Source: an uncultured Kiritimatiellota bacterium
Lineage (GTDB): Bacteria; Verrucomicrobiota; Kiritimatiellia; RFP12; DVOR01
NCBI GenBank assembly: GCA_944389945.1
Contig: CALXOF010000011.1
Coordinates: 539-64,538 of the forward strand
Length of the DNA stretch: 64,000 nt
Direction: 5' to 3'
The notes under the pieces are model-generated. The model searched no databases. It was given only the letters and a program-made list of their open reading frames with translations, and was not told the DNA's origin. Of the stretch, positions 9,332 to 21,100 are shown one piece after another (the stretch's first letter is position 1; every line of letters begins with the position of its first letter). Both the position numbers and the translations under genes were made by a program.

Positions 9332-10807
9332 GTGAACGACATCCTGCGAGAGAAACTCAAACACCTGCCAGAAAAGCCCGGTTGCTACCTCTATCGCGAC
9401 CGCGCCGGTACCATTATCTACGTCGGCAAAGCCGTTAACCTCCGCCGGCGCGTGCAGAGTTACTTCCGCGCCTCCACCATGCGCCACGCCCCGCCCAAAC
9501 TCCGCAGTTTGGTCCACCACGTTGAAGACCTCGAAATTCGCGTCGTCCGCACCGAGGCCGAGGCCCTCCTCACCGAGAGCCACCTCATCAAGACCTACCG
9601 CCCCCGCTTCAACATCCTCCTGCGCGACGACAAGCGCTACCTCTCCCTCAAGGCCGACCCCTCGCGCCCCTTCCCCCGCATTGTCACCTGCCGCATCGTC
9701 CGCGACGACGGCGCCCGTTACTTCGGCCCCTTCCCCTCTTCCACCGTCGTCCGCGCCGCCCTCGACTTCACCGAGAAACGCTACGGCCTGCGCAAGTGCG
9801 GCAGCCTCGACCCCTGCCCCGACGACCACACCCACTGCATGGCCGACGTCATCCGTTTCTGCACCGCGCCCTGCCTCGGCCGCATCTCCGAGGCCGACTA
9901 CCGCGCCCGTTTCGACGAGGCCTGCGCCTTCCTCCGCGGCGAGCGCCCCGCCGTCATCGAAGAGGTCCGCCAACAGATGCTCGAGGCCTCCGCCAAAGAG
10001 GACTTCGAGAAGGCCGCCCGCCTCCGCGACACCTGGCTCGCCCTCAAAGAGCTCACCCGCGAACGCGCCCGCGCCCGCCTCATCCCCGCCCTCAAAAAAC
10101 CCACCGCCGAAGAGGGCCTCACCCAGCTCGCCGAACTCCTCGGCCTCGACCGCCCCCCGCGCGTCATCGAGTGCTTCGACATCTCGCACCTCATGGGCAC
10201 CCACACCGTCGCCTCCATGGTCGTCGCCGTCGACGGCATGCCCGACAAACGCCGTTACCGCCGCTTCCGCATCCGCTCCGTCTCCAACGACGACCCCCAC
10301 GCCATGGCCGAGGTCATCCGCCGCCGCTACACCCGCGTCCTCAACGAAGGCCTCCCCCTCCCGCACCTCATCCTCTGCGACGGCGCCGAACTCCAGGTCC
10401 GCGCCACTCGCGCCGTCCTCCGCGAACTCTGCCTCTTCGACGCCATCCCCGTCGCCGGCCTCAACGAACACTTCGAGGAAATCGTCCTCGATGACGGCCG
10501 CCCCAACCTCATCCTCCCCCGCGACTCCCCCGCCCTCCAGATTCTCATCCGCCTCCGCGACGAAGCCCACCGCTTCGCCATCACCTTCAACCGCGCCCTC
10601 CGCCTCCGCGCCCTCAAAGAATCCGTCCTCGACGAGCTCCCCGGCATCGGTCCCGCCCGCAAACGCCAGCTCCTCGCCGCCTTCGGCTCCCTCCGCCGCC
10701 TCGCCGCCGCCTCCGAGGCAGACATTGCCGCCCAGCCCGGCATCACCCCCACCCTCGCCAAAGCCATCAAAGACGCCCTCCAAGTCCGCGTCCACGACTT
10801 CGACTAA
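9332..10807 (+). CDS. uvrC: Excinuclease ABC subunit C (UvrC)
   Basis: GIY-YIG motif PEKPGCYLYRDRAGTIIYVGKAVNLRRRVQSYF, UvrBC/RNaseH-like middle region, C-terminal HhH (LDELPGIGPARKRQLL). GTG start in frame 7 nt downstream of a TGCTACAAT -10-like box. Confidence 0.9.
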   Translation: MNDILREKLKHLPEKPGCYLYRDRAGTIIYVGKAVNLRRRVQSYFRASTMRHAPPKLRSLVHHVEDLEIRVVRTEAEALLTESHLIKTYRPRFNILLRDDKRYLSLKADPSRPFPRIVTCRIVRDDGARYFGPFPSSTVVRAALDFTEKRYGLRKCGSLDPCPDDHTHCMADVIRFCTAPCLGRISEADYRARFDEACAFLRGERPAVIEEVRQQMLEASAKEDFEKAARLRDTWLALKELTRERARARLIPALKKPTAEEGLTQLAELLGLDRPPRVIECFDISHLMGTHTVASMVVAVDGMPDKRRYRRFRIRSVSNDDPHAMAEVIRRRYTRVLNEGLPLPHLILCDGAELQVRATRAVLRELCLFDAIPVAGLNEHFEEIVLDDGRPNLILPRDSPALQILIRLRDEAHRFAITFNRALRLRALKESVLDELPGIGPARKRQLLAAFGSLRRLAAASEADIAAQPGITPTLAKAIKDALQVRVHDFD

Positions 10808-11209
10808 GGGGCGCTGACGCGCCCCGGAGAACGGAGAACGGAAAACGGAGAACAGAGCGCGCGACAAGCGCGCGACGGGTAAGCTACTGTATAAGTGGCA
10901 TCAGCCGCCTCGTCCTAGTCGTCCTATAGGTCCTATTGGTCCTACCGCGTCGCCAGTTGGCACGTCGCAGACGTGCCGGGGGTGCAGGGAGAACGTCTCC
11001 CTGCCGGGGCGTGGGGCAGCGCCCCACATCCTCCAATCAGCTAATCTGTGGTTCCCATTTCTGGCAGTCTTCGTGGTTCTTCGTGCACCTTCGTGTCAGC
11101 CCCGCAGGGCAAACCTTCCACACTCTCCCAACAACTGGCCCGTCGCGCGCTTGCCGCGCGTTCCGTTTTCCGTTTTCCGTTCTCCGTTCTCCGGGGCGCG
11201 TTAGCGCCC

Positions 11210-11959
11210 CTAAAACGTACAGCGGCCGGTGGCGCGGAGGGAGAGATAGGGCGGATCGATGTCGGGGCGGCCGAGGATGATGTGGTCGCGCAGGGGGATG
11301 CCGATGACGCGGCCCGCGCGGGCGAGAGCATCAGTGGCCTCGATGTCGCGCGGGGAGGGCGTGACGTCGCCGGAAGGATGGTTGTGCGCCACGATGACCG
11401 AGCTGGCGTTGAGGAGAATCGCGCGGCGGAAGAGGGCGGAGGCGTCGATGAGCGTCTGGTCGCGCAGACCCGAGGTGATGAGGTCGGGGTCATCCTTGAT
11501 AGGCCGCCGACCGTGGTCCAGGAAGAGCGCCCAGAAGCCCTCGCGCACGTGCCGCGTGGAGGCGCCGAAGAACCGTTGCGCCATATCGCTAGCCAACAGC
11601 AACGGTTTGGGGAGTTTCCCCTGCTTGCGCGGGGCGAAGACGCGCCGCCCGAACTCGATGGTGGCCAGCAGGGTGGAAATCTTATCATCGCCGATGCCCT
11701 TGAGCGTGTCGCGATGCTGAGCCACAAAGGCGACGAACTCATCGTGGTTGTAGGGCCGCAGTTTGGCGAGACCTTCGGTCCCTAGCTCGGCCACGAAGTG
11801 CTTCGCCAGTTCGCGCACATTACACCCGCTGACACCCGTGCGGAAGATGATGGCGAGCAACTCATCGTCCGTCAACGCCTCGGGCCCCAGACGGCGGAGA
11901 CGTTCGCGCGGACGCTCCTCGGGCGGCAGGTCGGTCATTTTGCCCATGGCATTCCCCAT
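11210..11959 (-). CDS. radC: RadC-like JAB/MPN domain protein
   Basis: HNHPSGDVTPSPRDIEAT JAMM motif and RadC N-terminal HhH region (LPPEERPRERLRRLGPEALTDDELLAIIFRTG). The true start may be the internal MTD at about 11938 to avoid overlap with miaA. Confidence 0.85.
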   Translation of the reverse strand: MGNAMGKMTDLPPEERPRERLRRLGPEALTDDELLAIIFRTGVSGCNVRELAKHFVAELGTEGLAKLRPYNHDEFVAFVAQHRDTLKGIGDDKISTLLATIEFGRRVFAPRKQGKLPKPLLLASDMAQRFFGASTRHVREGFWALFLDHGRRPIKDDPDLITSGLRDQTLIDASALFRRAILLNASSVIVAHNHPSGDVTPSPRDIEATDALARAGRVIGIPLRDHIILGRPDIDPPYLSLRATGRCTF

Positions 11960-12846
11960 TTCTCGGCGACGCGGCCGGCGAGGGTTTCGACAGCATCGCC
12001 GGGCGCGGCCTGCACCCAGTCGACGTCAAATTGGTGACGGAGATAGGTCTCCTGCCGACGGGCCAGTTGGCGCGTGCGGACGACGGTGCGTTCGCGGGCG
12101 GCGGCCTCGGTCAGCGTCCCATCGAGCACGGCAAAGGCCTCGGCGTAACCGATGGCCTGGGTGGCGGTGCGCGACCACGCGGGCCAACGCCGCCGAAGCG
12201 TCTCCGCCTCATTGAGAAGCCCTGCGGCATACATGGCATCGACCCGCTCGGCAATACGGCGGTGGAGCGTCTCGCGCGGCCACGTGAGGGCCACCAGGCG
12301 CGGACGCGCCCGTTCCCCCCACCCCGCCGGGAGGGTGCCGCCCTGCTCCAAAATCTCCAGCGCACGGACCAACCGTCGGGGATTCTCCGTGTCGGCGACG
12401 GTCTGCCCATGGGCGGCGAGACGCGCACGGAGTTCCTCCGCCGGCAACACCTCCAGGCTCGCCCGAAGCGCGGGATTCGCGGGCGGCGTGGGGTCAAGCC
12501 CACGCAACAAAGCGGAGAAGTAAAGCCCCGTGCCGCCGACGGCAATGAGTCGGGGCGATACGGCCTGGGCGCGATGGGCCTCTTCCAGCCACGCGGCGGC
12601 GGAGAAGGGTTCCCCCGGCGTCACCAAATCCAACCCATAATAAGGCACCTGTCCCCGCTCGGCAACCGTCGGTTTGGCCGTACCGATGTCCATCCCTTGA
12701 TAGACGAGCATGGCGTCGGCAGAGAGAATGGCCACCCCCAGACGCTCAGCCAGCACCTGCGCCACCGCCGTCTTACCGGAAGCGGTCGCACCGGCAAGAC
12801 ACAGGGTCGCGTCAGATTGGGAGATCACAGAGGAACACAGAGGCAT
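11935..12846 (-). CDS. miaA: tRNA dimethylallyltransferase (MiaA)
   Basis: P-loop LAGATASGKTAVAQVLAERLG..ILSADAMLVYQGMDIGTAKP is the IPP-transferase signature. Confidence 0.9.
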   Translation of the reverse strand: MPLCSSVISQSDATLCLAGATASGKTAVAQVLAERLGVAILSADAMLVYQGMDIGTAKPTVAERGQVPYYGLDLVTPGEPFSAAAWLEEAHRAQAVSPRLIAVGGTGLYFSALLRGLDPTPPANPALRASLEVLPAEELRARLAAHGQTVADTENPRRLVRALEILEQGGTLPAGWGERARPRLVALTWPRETLHRRIAERVDAMYAAGLLNEAETLRRRWPAWSRTATQAIGYAEAFAVLDGTLTEAAARERTVVRTRQLARRQETYLRHQFDVDWVQAAPGDAVETLAGRVAEKWGMPWAK

Positions 12847-12878
12847 ACACAGAGGCTCACAGAGAAAATCTCAAAACA

Positions 12879-13391
12879 TCAATCTCGCCCGTCGCCCCGC
12901 AGGGGCGCTCCGTTCTCCGTTTTCCGTTCTCCGTTCTCCTCGCCATAGACCCACTGCAACACCATTAAGGCAAAGACCCCAATACAGATCGCTGAATCGG
13001 CGATGTTGAAGCAGGGGAAGTGGCTGGCGCCCCAGTGGAAATCGAGGAAGTCGATGACATAGCCCAGGCGGACGCGGTCGATGAGGTTGCCGATGATGCC
13101 GCCAAGGAGGAGCCCGGCGACGGGCGCGGCCCAGGCATGGTCGCCGAAAATCTTGCGCCAGAAGACGAAGCAGAGGATGACGGCCAAGACGCCAATGCCG
13201 GCGAGCCACAGTTGGGCCCCCTGAAACATCCCCCACGCGGCGCCTTGGTTGCGCACGTAGGTGAGGGCAAAGACCGAGAGGACGTCCACGCTCTCCCCGG
13301 GCTGGAAGTCGGCCACCACCCACAGTTTGGTGAGCTGGTCGAGGGCGAGGACGGCGAGGGCGACGGCAGAGGCGATGAGGTATTTCCGCAT
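12879..13391 (-). CDS. lspA: Lipoprotein signal peptidase II (LspA); C-terminal about 20 codons and stop supplied by a family-B repeat
   Basis: Four TM helices with conserved N..D and FNIADSAI motifs. The ORF reads through the CCGTTCTCCGTTTTCCG repeat, giving the tail GEENGERKTENGAPLRGDGRD. Confidence 0.85.
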   Translation of the reverse strand: MRKYLIASAVALAVLALDQLTKLWVVADFQPGESVDVLSVFALTYVRNQGAAWGMFQGAQLWLAGIGVLAVILCFVFWRKIFGDHAWAAPVAGLLLGGIIGNLIDRVRLGYVIDFLDFHWGASHFPCFNIADSAICIGVFALMVLQWVYGEENGERKTENGAPLRGDGRD

Positions 13392-13392
13392 G

Positions 13393-14535
13393 TCAGCGAA
13401 CCTTGACGAAGAGGAGGAAGAGGATGGGCTGAAGGAGTCCCTGAAGCAGGAGGAAGCGGACGACGACCTGCTGCCCGGACCAGTGCAGGGCGTTGCGGCA
13501 ATGGTCATGCAACGGGAAGGTGACCGAGAAGAAGAGACGTTGCAGGAAGGTTCGCGGCTCGCCGGGTTTGGGGCGCGTCACGGGGTGCCCCGCGACCTTG
13601 AGCAGACGCAGGCAGGCCAGCTTGACCAACCCCAGGCCGCCGTTGAGCACAATCATCGGCGCCACCACAAAGATGACGCAGAGGTTGCCCGTGGCCAGCG
13701 CGGAGACGCCGATGACCATACCGAACATCCGCGACCCCGCGTCGCCCATCAGCAAGCTCGAAGGATAGCAGTTGTACCACAGATAGGCGCCCATCGTGCC
13801 GATGAAGGTACAGGCCAGGACGGCCCACTTGGCCGCGGAATCACTGTGCGGGATGATGAGATAATCCGCCACGGTGCGGTGGCCGACCACCACGTAGAGC
13901 AGGATGACGAGCGCAAAGAGCGAGAGGAGCGTGAGCAACCCCGCCAGGCCGTCAATGCCGTCGGAGCAGTTGGTGGTGTTGATGGCGCCGAAGAGGAGCA
14001 GCCCCGCGATGGGAACGTAGACCCAGACGGGGATAAGCGTCTCCGCCTGGAAGAAGGGCCACCAGACCGAGACCGCCTCGCCGCGGCAGAGCAGGAAGGC
14101 GCAGAGCAACGACACCGCCGCGTCGAAGAGCCCCTTCTTAAGGCCTCCCCACGGCAGGTCCGCGCGATCGTCCAGCCACCCCGAGAGCATGCTGAAGAAG
14201 ACGCACGCCACCACGCCGATATCCCACAGCGACTCCCAGGCATAGATAGGGAAGAAGAGCAAGAGGGCCGGCAACGTGAGCACGGCCATCAACACGCCCG
14301 CGCCCGTGGGCTTGCCGCCCGCCTTCCCCTCCGCGCCAATGGCCTTCACCGAGCCATCGGGCAACCGCACGGCCTTACCGCGGTCCACAGGCAGAAGTCC
14401 CTTCAGCCGCGGCAGAAACCACCACACCAGCAACGCCGCCAAAAAGGCACCGCCACCCATCATCACGGTGTGGTAACGGAACAGACGAAACGGCCCCCAA
14501 TAGGGCTCCAAAAACTCACTCAAGAGGTAAAGCAT
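13393..14535 (-). CDS. Glycosyltransferase family 4 polyprenyl-phosphate sugar-1-phosphate transferase (MraY/WecA family)
   Basis: Ten or more TM segments; NTTNCSDGIDGLAG matches the MraY/WecA NxxNxxDGxDGLA motif. Its start abuts the lspA start region. Confidence 0.7.
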   Translation of the reverse strand: MLYLLSEFLEPYWGPFRLFRYHTVMMGGGAFLAALLVWWFLPRLKGLLPVDRGKAVRLPDGSVKAIGAEGKAGGKPTGAGVLMAVLTLPALLLFFPIYAWESLWDIGVVACVFFSMLSGWLDDRADLPWGGLKKGLFDAAVSLLCAFLLCRGEAVSVWWPFFQAETLIPVWVYVPIAGLLLFGAINTTNCSDGIDGLAGLLTLLSLFALVILLYVVVGHRTVADYLIIPHSDSAAKWAVLACTFIGTMGAYLWYNCYPSSLLMGDAGSRMFGMVIGVSALATGNLCVIFVVAPMIVLNGGLGLVKLACLRLLKVAGHPVTRPKPGEPRTFLQRLFFSVTFPLHDHCRNALHWSGQQVVVRFLLLQGLLQPILFLLFVKVR

Positions 14536-14758
14536 AATGCCGATAGTATATCAAAAGGGGCGGCGAGGGGCGGCCGCTGGCCGCCCCAGAGAACGGAGAA
14601 CGGAGAACGGAGCGTGCAGGCGCGAAGCGCCAAACCTTCCACGGCCACGGAGCGCGCGACAAGCGCGCGACGGGTGAAGCCGTTGTACAATAAGCGCGAT
14701 GGGGAAGTTGCCCAAAAAGCCTAGCCTCCAAGTGGCTAAAATTCCCCCGATAAGGGGG

Positions 14759-14856
14759 CCTTTCTGGACCCTTAAGGGTTTCGGGTCGGACCACTATAGG
14801 GTCTCACCCTCGACCACTATAGTGGTTGACCTCGGACCACTATAGGGTCTCAGAAG
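14759..14856 (-). repeat. REP-like palindromic element copy A3
   Basis: Reverse-orientation copy of the GACCACTATAGTGGTC triplet unit. Confidence 0.85.
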
Positions 14857-14885
14857 GGCCCTTTACGGGCCCCTCTGGCCCCTCT

Positions 14886-14936
14886 CAGGAGATGCAGGAG
14901 ATGCAGGAGATGCAGGAGATGCAGGAGATGCAGGAG
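14886..14936. repeat. Simple tandem repeat, 9-bp unit CAGGAGATG x5.6
   Basis: Five perfect copies plus a partial one, located between the 3' end of the giant gene and the MraY-family gene start. Confidence 0.9.
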
Positions 14937-15072
14937 CGCCCTTTCGGGCGACGGACGAGCCGCTATCCAATCAGCTAATCAGCCAATCAGCGGGGCGCGT
15001 TAGCGCCCCTTACGTGTGCTGGCACGCCTTTAATCTGCAACACATCTGCGATTTCAGAGCGGGCGCACAGCG

Positions 15073-15102
15073 TAAAAAAGCGGGGCCGCCTTTCGGCGGC
15101 CT
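15073..15102 (-). terminator. Rho-independent terminator downstream of the giant gene
   Basis: On the minus strand: GGCCGCC-GAAA-GGCGGCC stem followed by CCGCTTTTTTACG. Confidence 0.7.
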
Positions 15103-15147
15103 CACTTGTCGCCCCGCAGGGGCGTTCTGTTCTCCGTTCTCTGTTCT

Positions 15148-18100
15148 CTAGGGGCGGGACACGTCAGTGGCCCGACCCTTTGCCTCGGCGTCTTTGACGG
15201 AGAGGAGGACGGCACGGAAGAAGTTGCAGTCGGTGCCGGAGAGGATGAGGACGCGCTCACCATTGAGGTCCTCGGGGTAGAGGCGCTGGATGTAGCGCCA
15301 CTCGGGGTCGTCGAGGCTGACCTTGCCGAGGAGAACGAGGGCGCCGTCGCCGCGGATGGCGGTGATGGGCTCGCCGTTGTTGGTGAAGGCGATGGAGACG
15401 GTGGGGACGGGCGCGGCGGGCTCGCCACCGGCAGCCACTGCGGCGTCTTCCTCGTAGGTGCCGATGCGGGTGAAGTTCAGGTTGACATCGGCGACCTCGA
15501 TGGCGCTATCGAAGCCGAGCCAGTACTTCTCGGAGGCGGTGACGCCGTCGTCCTGGGTCTGCTTGAGGATGGCATCGGGGTCGTTCTTGAGGACCCAGTC
15601 GAGGAAGCCATCGTCCTCGGAGTTGAGGGCACCGGTGTCATCGAGGCGCGCGGCGGCGGGGGAGTAGACGAGGGTGAGGACATAGTCGGTGTCCGCCTCG
15701 AGGAGGCCGCTGTCGATGGACATGGAGGGCGCGGCGCTGAGGGTGCCGGCGTCGGCGACGGAGAAGGTGGTGAGGCGCTTGGCCTGAGCCGCGAGGGGTT
15801 TGCCATTCTTGGTGATGGAGGAGAGGCGGAACCACTTGTCATCCCACAGCTGATTGACGGAGAGCGCGTAGGTATCGCCGAAGGAGCCGACGAAGGAGAC
15901 GGCGCGGCCGGTTTGGGCATTGGTGCCATTGTGCTGGAGGGCGAGGCTGCCGTCGCGGCCGCCGACAATCTGGGCGGAGAGGGCGAGCATACGGCCAGCG
16001 GCGGAGGTCTCCATCCGGAAGTCGGAGCGGGTCTGGGTGTACTCGGAGGTGTTGCCGACCCACCAACCGTTGGGGCCGGGGAAGGTGTTCATCTGGGTGG
16101 CATAGGGGTCAACGCCCCAGGAGGTGCCCTCGAAGGTGGCGACATCGTCGGCGGCCCCCAAGTTCGTGTGGCTAAACTCATCCACGAGCATATAGGACCC
16201 AGAGCCATTCTGAATCTCGGCCAGCGCCAAGCGGGTTGAGGTCACAGAGCGGACGGTGGCGGAAACGATGTGGGAGGCGTTCTCAATGTCGACGGCACGC
16301 TGAAGTTGTTCAGCGGCGGGGCCGACAAGCCAGTTTGCAGGATAGTCGCAGAAGAGGATTTCATCGGCGACGACCCCGTTGTCGCGAACGAGCTGGAGGG
16401 CATAGAGGGCGCCGTTGGAGTAGTTGCCGGAGAGGGCGGCGGCATCTGCGGGGACGTTGGCGAGGGGGTCTTCGGCGGGGAACCAGCTGAAGGTGTTCGC
16501 GTTGCCTTCCGTGTAGCGATGCTGGAGGAAGTGGAGATTGCCCTCCTCCTGGTCCTCGACAAAGCCATCCTCATAGGTGTTGCCGATGCGGGTGTCGCCG
16601 ATGACGTAGTAGTCCGTATCGTAGACATCGTTTTGCCCGGCGTGGGGGAGGAGACGGCGATAGGGGACCCAGCCCGTGAGCGGGATGTTGGTCTCGACAT
16701 CCGTCCACTCGATGGGGACATCGAGGGGGGCCGTCGTGGCGGGCAGGGGCGCAACCTTGAGGGCGATGCTCCAGCCATCGAGGGAGCGCTTGGGACGGAG
16801 GTAATAGCTATTGTAGTCGGTCGAGAGATTCGTGAGGGTGGCGGGGTCCACGTACGTGAGCGTCTCATCCTCGGCCCCGGTGACGACGGCGACGGGCGAG
16901 GCCTCCATGGCGAGCTCGATGCCGAAGGAGATGGTGTCTTCGCCGGCCGTGGTCTTACGGGTGGGACGGAACTCGTTGAGCCAGACGCCGGTGGGGGCGA
17001 TGTTGTAGATCCAGGCGTAGGGGGAGGGCTCGATCTTGCGCTCCTTGGCCACGGCATTGATGTTGGCCTGGTCGTCGGGGACGTACCAGGGGCAGTAGCC
17101 CTCGAAGCCATCGGAGGTGAAGTTGGCGATGCCCTGGGCGTCGTAGACGGTGCCTTCACTGTCGGCGACGACGATGGCGAAGCGGAGGACGGCGCCATTC
17201 TGCCAGAAGAGCTCATCGGTCATGTCGATGGACTGGGTGAAGGGCGCGAGGCCATCGGCGAAGCCGGACTCATCGAAGCCGCCGCCGGCGAACTCGTCGG
17301 GGGTCATGGTGCGGAAGGCGACGCGGGCATTGGCGAGGAACTCCTCGTCGGTGTAGTCGGCGGGGGCTTGGATGATGCCGCCGTCCTGCGCATCCTCGGA
17401 GACGACGAGGTCAGGGTCGCGGAAGCCGATGAACTTGAGCGGGACGATGCCGGCGGCGGCGCAGTAGTCGGTGCCGGTGGTGGCGTTATAGCTGGAAGCG
17501 AGCTTCTGGCGGATGGCGGAGAGGGTGGTGGTGAGGCCATCGCCAATGGAAGGCTTGGAGCCAATCCAGCGGGCGAGGCTCCACTGGTTGAAGAAGTCCG
17601 TGGAGGCAGTGGTGACGGAACCGCCGGTGGGGTCGGCAGCGTTGACGGTCGCGGCAGGGATGAGCGACCAGGCGAGGTAGAGGCGGGTGTTGTTGTTGGC
17701 GAAGTTCTGGCAGAGGGTCTGCGCATCGCCGAGTTTGCCGCCGATGAGGCCGCGGGAGGGGTCGATGACGACGGACATGCCGAGCGTGTCGCCGACGAGG
17801 GGCTGATAAAGCCAGCCGTGGACGTCCTTGTGCTCACCGCGGGCGTTACCCTCCGCATCGTCCCAGATGGGGAAGGTGACGGTCTCGCCGCCCTTGTCTT
17901 CGATGGGGTCGCCGGTGGCGGTGTCGATGGCGAAGAGGGTCTGGGTGGCGAGCCAAGCGCCGGCGCCGGTCTCGCCCTGGGCGAAGGAGACGGTGATGGT
18001 GTTGTTGGCGGAGGCGGGCTCGTCAACGAAGAGGAGGGTGATGACGAAGTCGTCCTGGTCGGCGAAGGTCTCGTCGCCGTCGGCGCCGTCCTCATCGAAC

Positions 18101-21100
18101 TCGCGGTCGAAGGAGATGACGCCGGTGGGGTTGCCGTTGGCGTCGCGCTCGACGGTGGCGCGGCCGTTGAGGGTGAGCCAGTCGCCGGTGGTGATGGTGG
18201 TGGGGTTATCGGCCGTATCTCGGGCCTGGATATTCTGGTTGTACGCCTGCAGGACGGTGTCCTCGGAGAGGACGCCATTGGACGAGCCGATGAGCATGAC
18301 GTGGCCGATGAGCTCGGGCGGGAGGGCGATGGAGTCGAAGCAGTAGCCGGTGCGCGGCTTGAAGGAGAAGACGTTGCCGTTGTTGAGCTCGCTATAGACC
18401 CAATCACGGCCGGAAGCGGTCTCGGTGGCGGTCTCGGTGCGGCCGGTGGTATTCTCGATGAAGTAGCCCTTGTTCCAGGAGCCGCAGAGGCCGGTGCCGT
18501 AGGTGACGTTGCGGAGGGTGATGGTGAAGGCGACCTGGTTCCATTCAGGCTCGGGGTCAGGCTTGATGGGGTTGCCGTTCTCATCGAGGTTGTCCTCGCC
18601 GAGGGTGGCGGCACGGAAGGCCCACTGGTCGCGCTCGGCGGCGAGGGAGGAGATGCCGCGATAGGCTTCATTGTCGCCGCGGCTGACGAGCCGGCCGACG
18701 AGCTGGACGGAGCCGGCCGTGCCGGTGGAGTCGGTGACGCCGTTGAAGACGTTGCCGGTGCCGCCAGGGGTGAGCCAGGGGGTCATCGTCAGGGAAGCCG
18801 GGCCGTTGACGGCGGTGCCGCCGGTCGCGTCGGCGGAGAGCCAGACGCCGCCCTCAGCCGCACCGCAAGGACGATGAAGGACGTAGGCGCGGAGGTCGTT
18901 GGAAGCCGAGAGGGTGGCAGTGTAGTAGGCGTAGGAGGTGGAACCGGACTGGGGTGCGTTTGCGGCATCGTCAGTTGGCGTGAGAGTGGCAGGGGTGGCG
19001 GCCTGTGCGCCGGTAGAATCATAAGTGAAGACCTGCCAGCCGTCGGGGGTGGTCTGGGGGACGCCGGCGGCGGTGATGCCGTCGCGCAGGACGGGCATGA
19101 CGACCTCGGCGGCGAGGTTGGTGGAGTCGCCGGCGGGGTTGGCGATGTTCACCTCGTTGAGCCAGGCGGATTCGGGCGGGGTGGAGTAGAGATAGAAGTA
19201 GGGCATGGCCGTGCCGGCGCCGGCGACGTTGAGGTCCTCGACGGGGGCGTACCAGGAGGGATAGACGAAGGGCGTGACGGAGGCGGACGCGGCCTCGCCG
19301 GGCAGGGCCTGGCGGACGAGGAAGTCGACGGAGCCGTTGCCGGAGTCGGTCTGGAAGGTGGCGCGGTAGACACCCCAGGCGACATAGGGGATGGCAGGCT
19401 CGATGCCGCCGCCATTGGTGGTGTCGTCCGGCGTGGAATAGGAGGTGCCGAGGATGCCGACGAGAGAGGCGCTGGCGAAGCGGCCGTCGTTGGGGTTGAG
19501 CTGGGCGACACGGGTGCCGTAGTCGGGCGTGAGGATGGTGGAAATCTGCTCGGTGGCATCCGCGAAGGTGCGGCCTTCGAGGGAGAGGGTGGGCGCGGGA
19601 GCCGTGGCATTGGGGTCGGTGTAGTTGGCGCCAACCCAAGCGGCGTTCAGGCCCCAGTCGGCACGGTGGCCGGGGTCGGGATAGAAGACGAGGATGGCCT
19701 CGAGGGAGAGGTTGTTCTGCTCCAGGAGGGTGGCATTATAGTCGGCCTCGAAGCCGAAGCCGCTGCCCCACCAAGGCTGGTTGCGCTGGGCGGAGACGGT
19801 GGGCGCGGAGCCGTCCGTGGTCTCCTCGGGGAGGGCGGTGCAGGGGCGGACGCCGGTGATGAGGGCACGGGCGTCGGGGTTGTCAGAGTCGAAGGCGAAG
19901 GTGGCCTCGGCCTCAAGGAGATAGCGGGTCTCCGTGTCATCGGGGTTATCCGGATCGTGGAGGATGGCCACAATATCGAAGGAGGTCGAATCGGCGGGCA
20001 GGGTGACGGAGACCCAGTTGTTGGTGACCGTGCCGAAGTCGAAGGAGCCACCAGTGGAGAAGGAGACCCGATCGGCGATGCCCGGGAGCGTGCGGCCGTC
20101 GACCGTCTGCGTGCCCTCGGCGAGGTAGGTGCCGGACTGGGAATCGAGCATGCGGACGCGGAGCCCGGTGAGGTGGTGGAAGGGCAATGCGTCGTAAGTG
20201 AGGGTGGCGGTGGGCTCGCCGGCGGCATCGACCGACCAAGAGACTTCCTCATTGCCGCCACGGCGGGTCTCGGTGGGGGTGGTCTTGTTGGGGAGGTAAA
20301 GGGTGTGGGTGCCGGCGCCGGAGATTTCGGAGATGACGCCGCACTGGGTGAGGCCGGAGTACTGGAGAATGTACTGGTCGGGGTTGACCTGGCGCGGGGT
20401 GACCTGGACGACGGGGGCGACGGCGTCAGTGTCCAACTCAATGGAATTATCGTCGGCCTCCACCGGCTCGTCGGGGCGGGTGTTCGTGACGGGGTTGAGA
20501 TCGTCGGGCCACGTGCCGGTGAGGATGTGGGTGAGGTCGCCGGGGCCATTATCGCCCACGCCGGCGACGGCGTTGCGGCGGGAGACCCACTTGCCGCCCA
20601 TGTCAACGGTGGAGACGGAGGCGGCGCGGGCGTTGGAGGCGCGCTCGTAGACCCAGGTCGGGGTGGCCGCGGCGTTGCCGGACCTATCGTAACGGCCGTT
20701 GGCATCGGCATAGAAGGAGTCGGCCACGGCCAGACGGCGGGCATGGGCAAGCGCGGAGACGCGGCGGTCGGCAAAGCCATCGTCGCCGGATTCATCTTCC
20801 CAAGAGGTGTCTAGGAAGGTCTGATACCAGGGGGAGCGGACGGCGAGCGCGTCATCCGTGTCGTCGCCCTCCGTGGCGGAGTCGACGGCAAAGCCGTTGT
20901 CGGAATAGGCACTGTAATAGGTGTCGCGGAGGTCGGCCAGGGCTTCCTTGTTGGTCGACCCAGAGGCGGAGCTCGCGGTGGCGGTGCTGAAGATGACGAT
21001 GTGCTCGGCACCGCCGGTGGGACGATAAAGCAGGGCAGAGGTGACGGCTCCATCGGTGGCAGTCTGGAAGATGCCATCACCGAGTTGAATTTGGTCACCC

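Noticed and set aside
9314-10867. 517-aa minus-strand ORF (GEAG-rich)
   Set aside because: Shadow of uvrC; low-complexity G/A/E/V composition.
13261-14724. 487-aa plus-strand ORF
   Set aside because: Antisense to lspA and the MraY-family gene, whose TM-helix periodicity and catalytic motifs identify the real frame.
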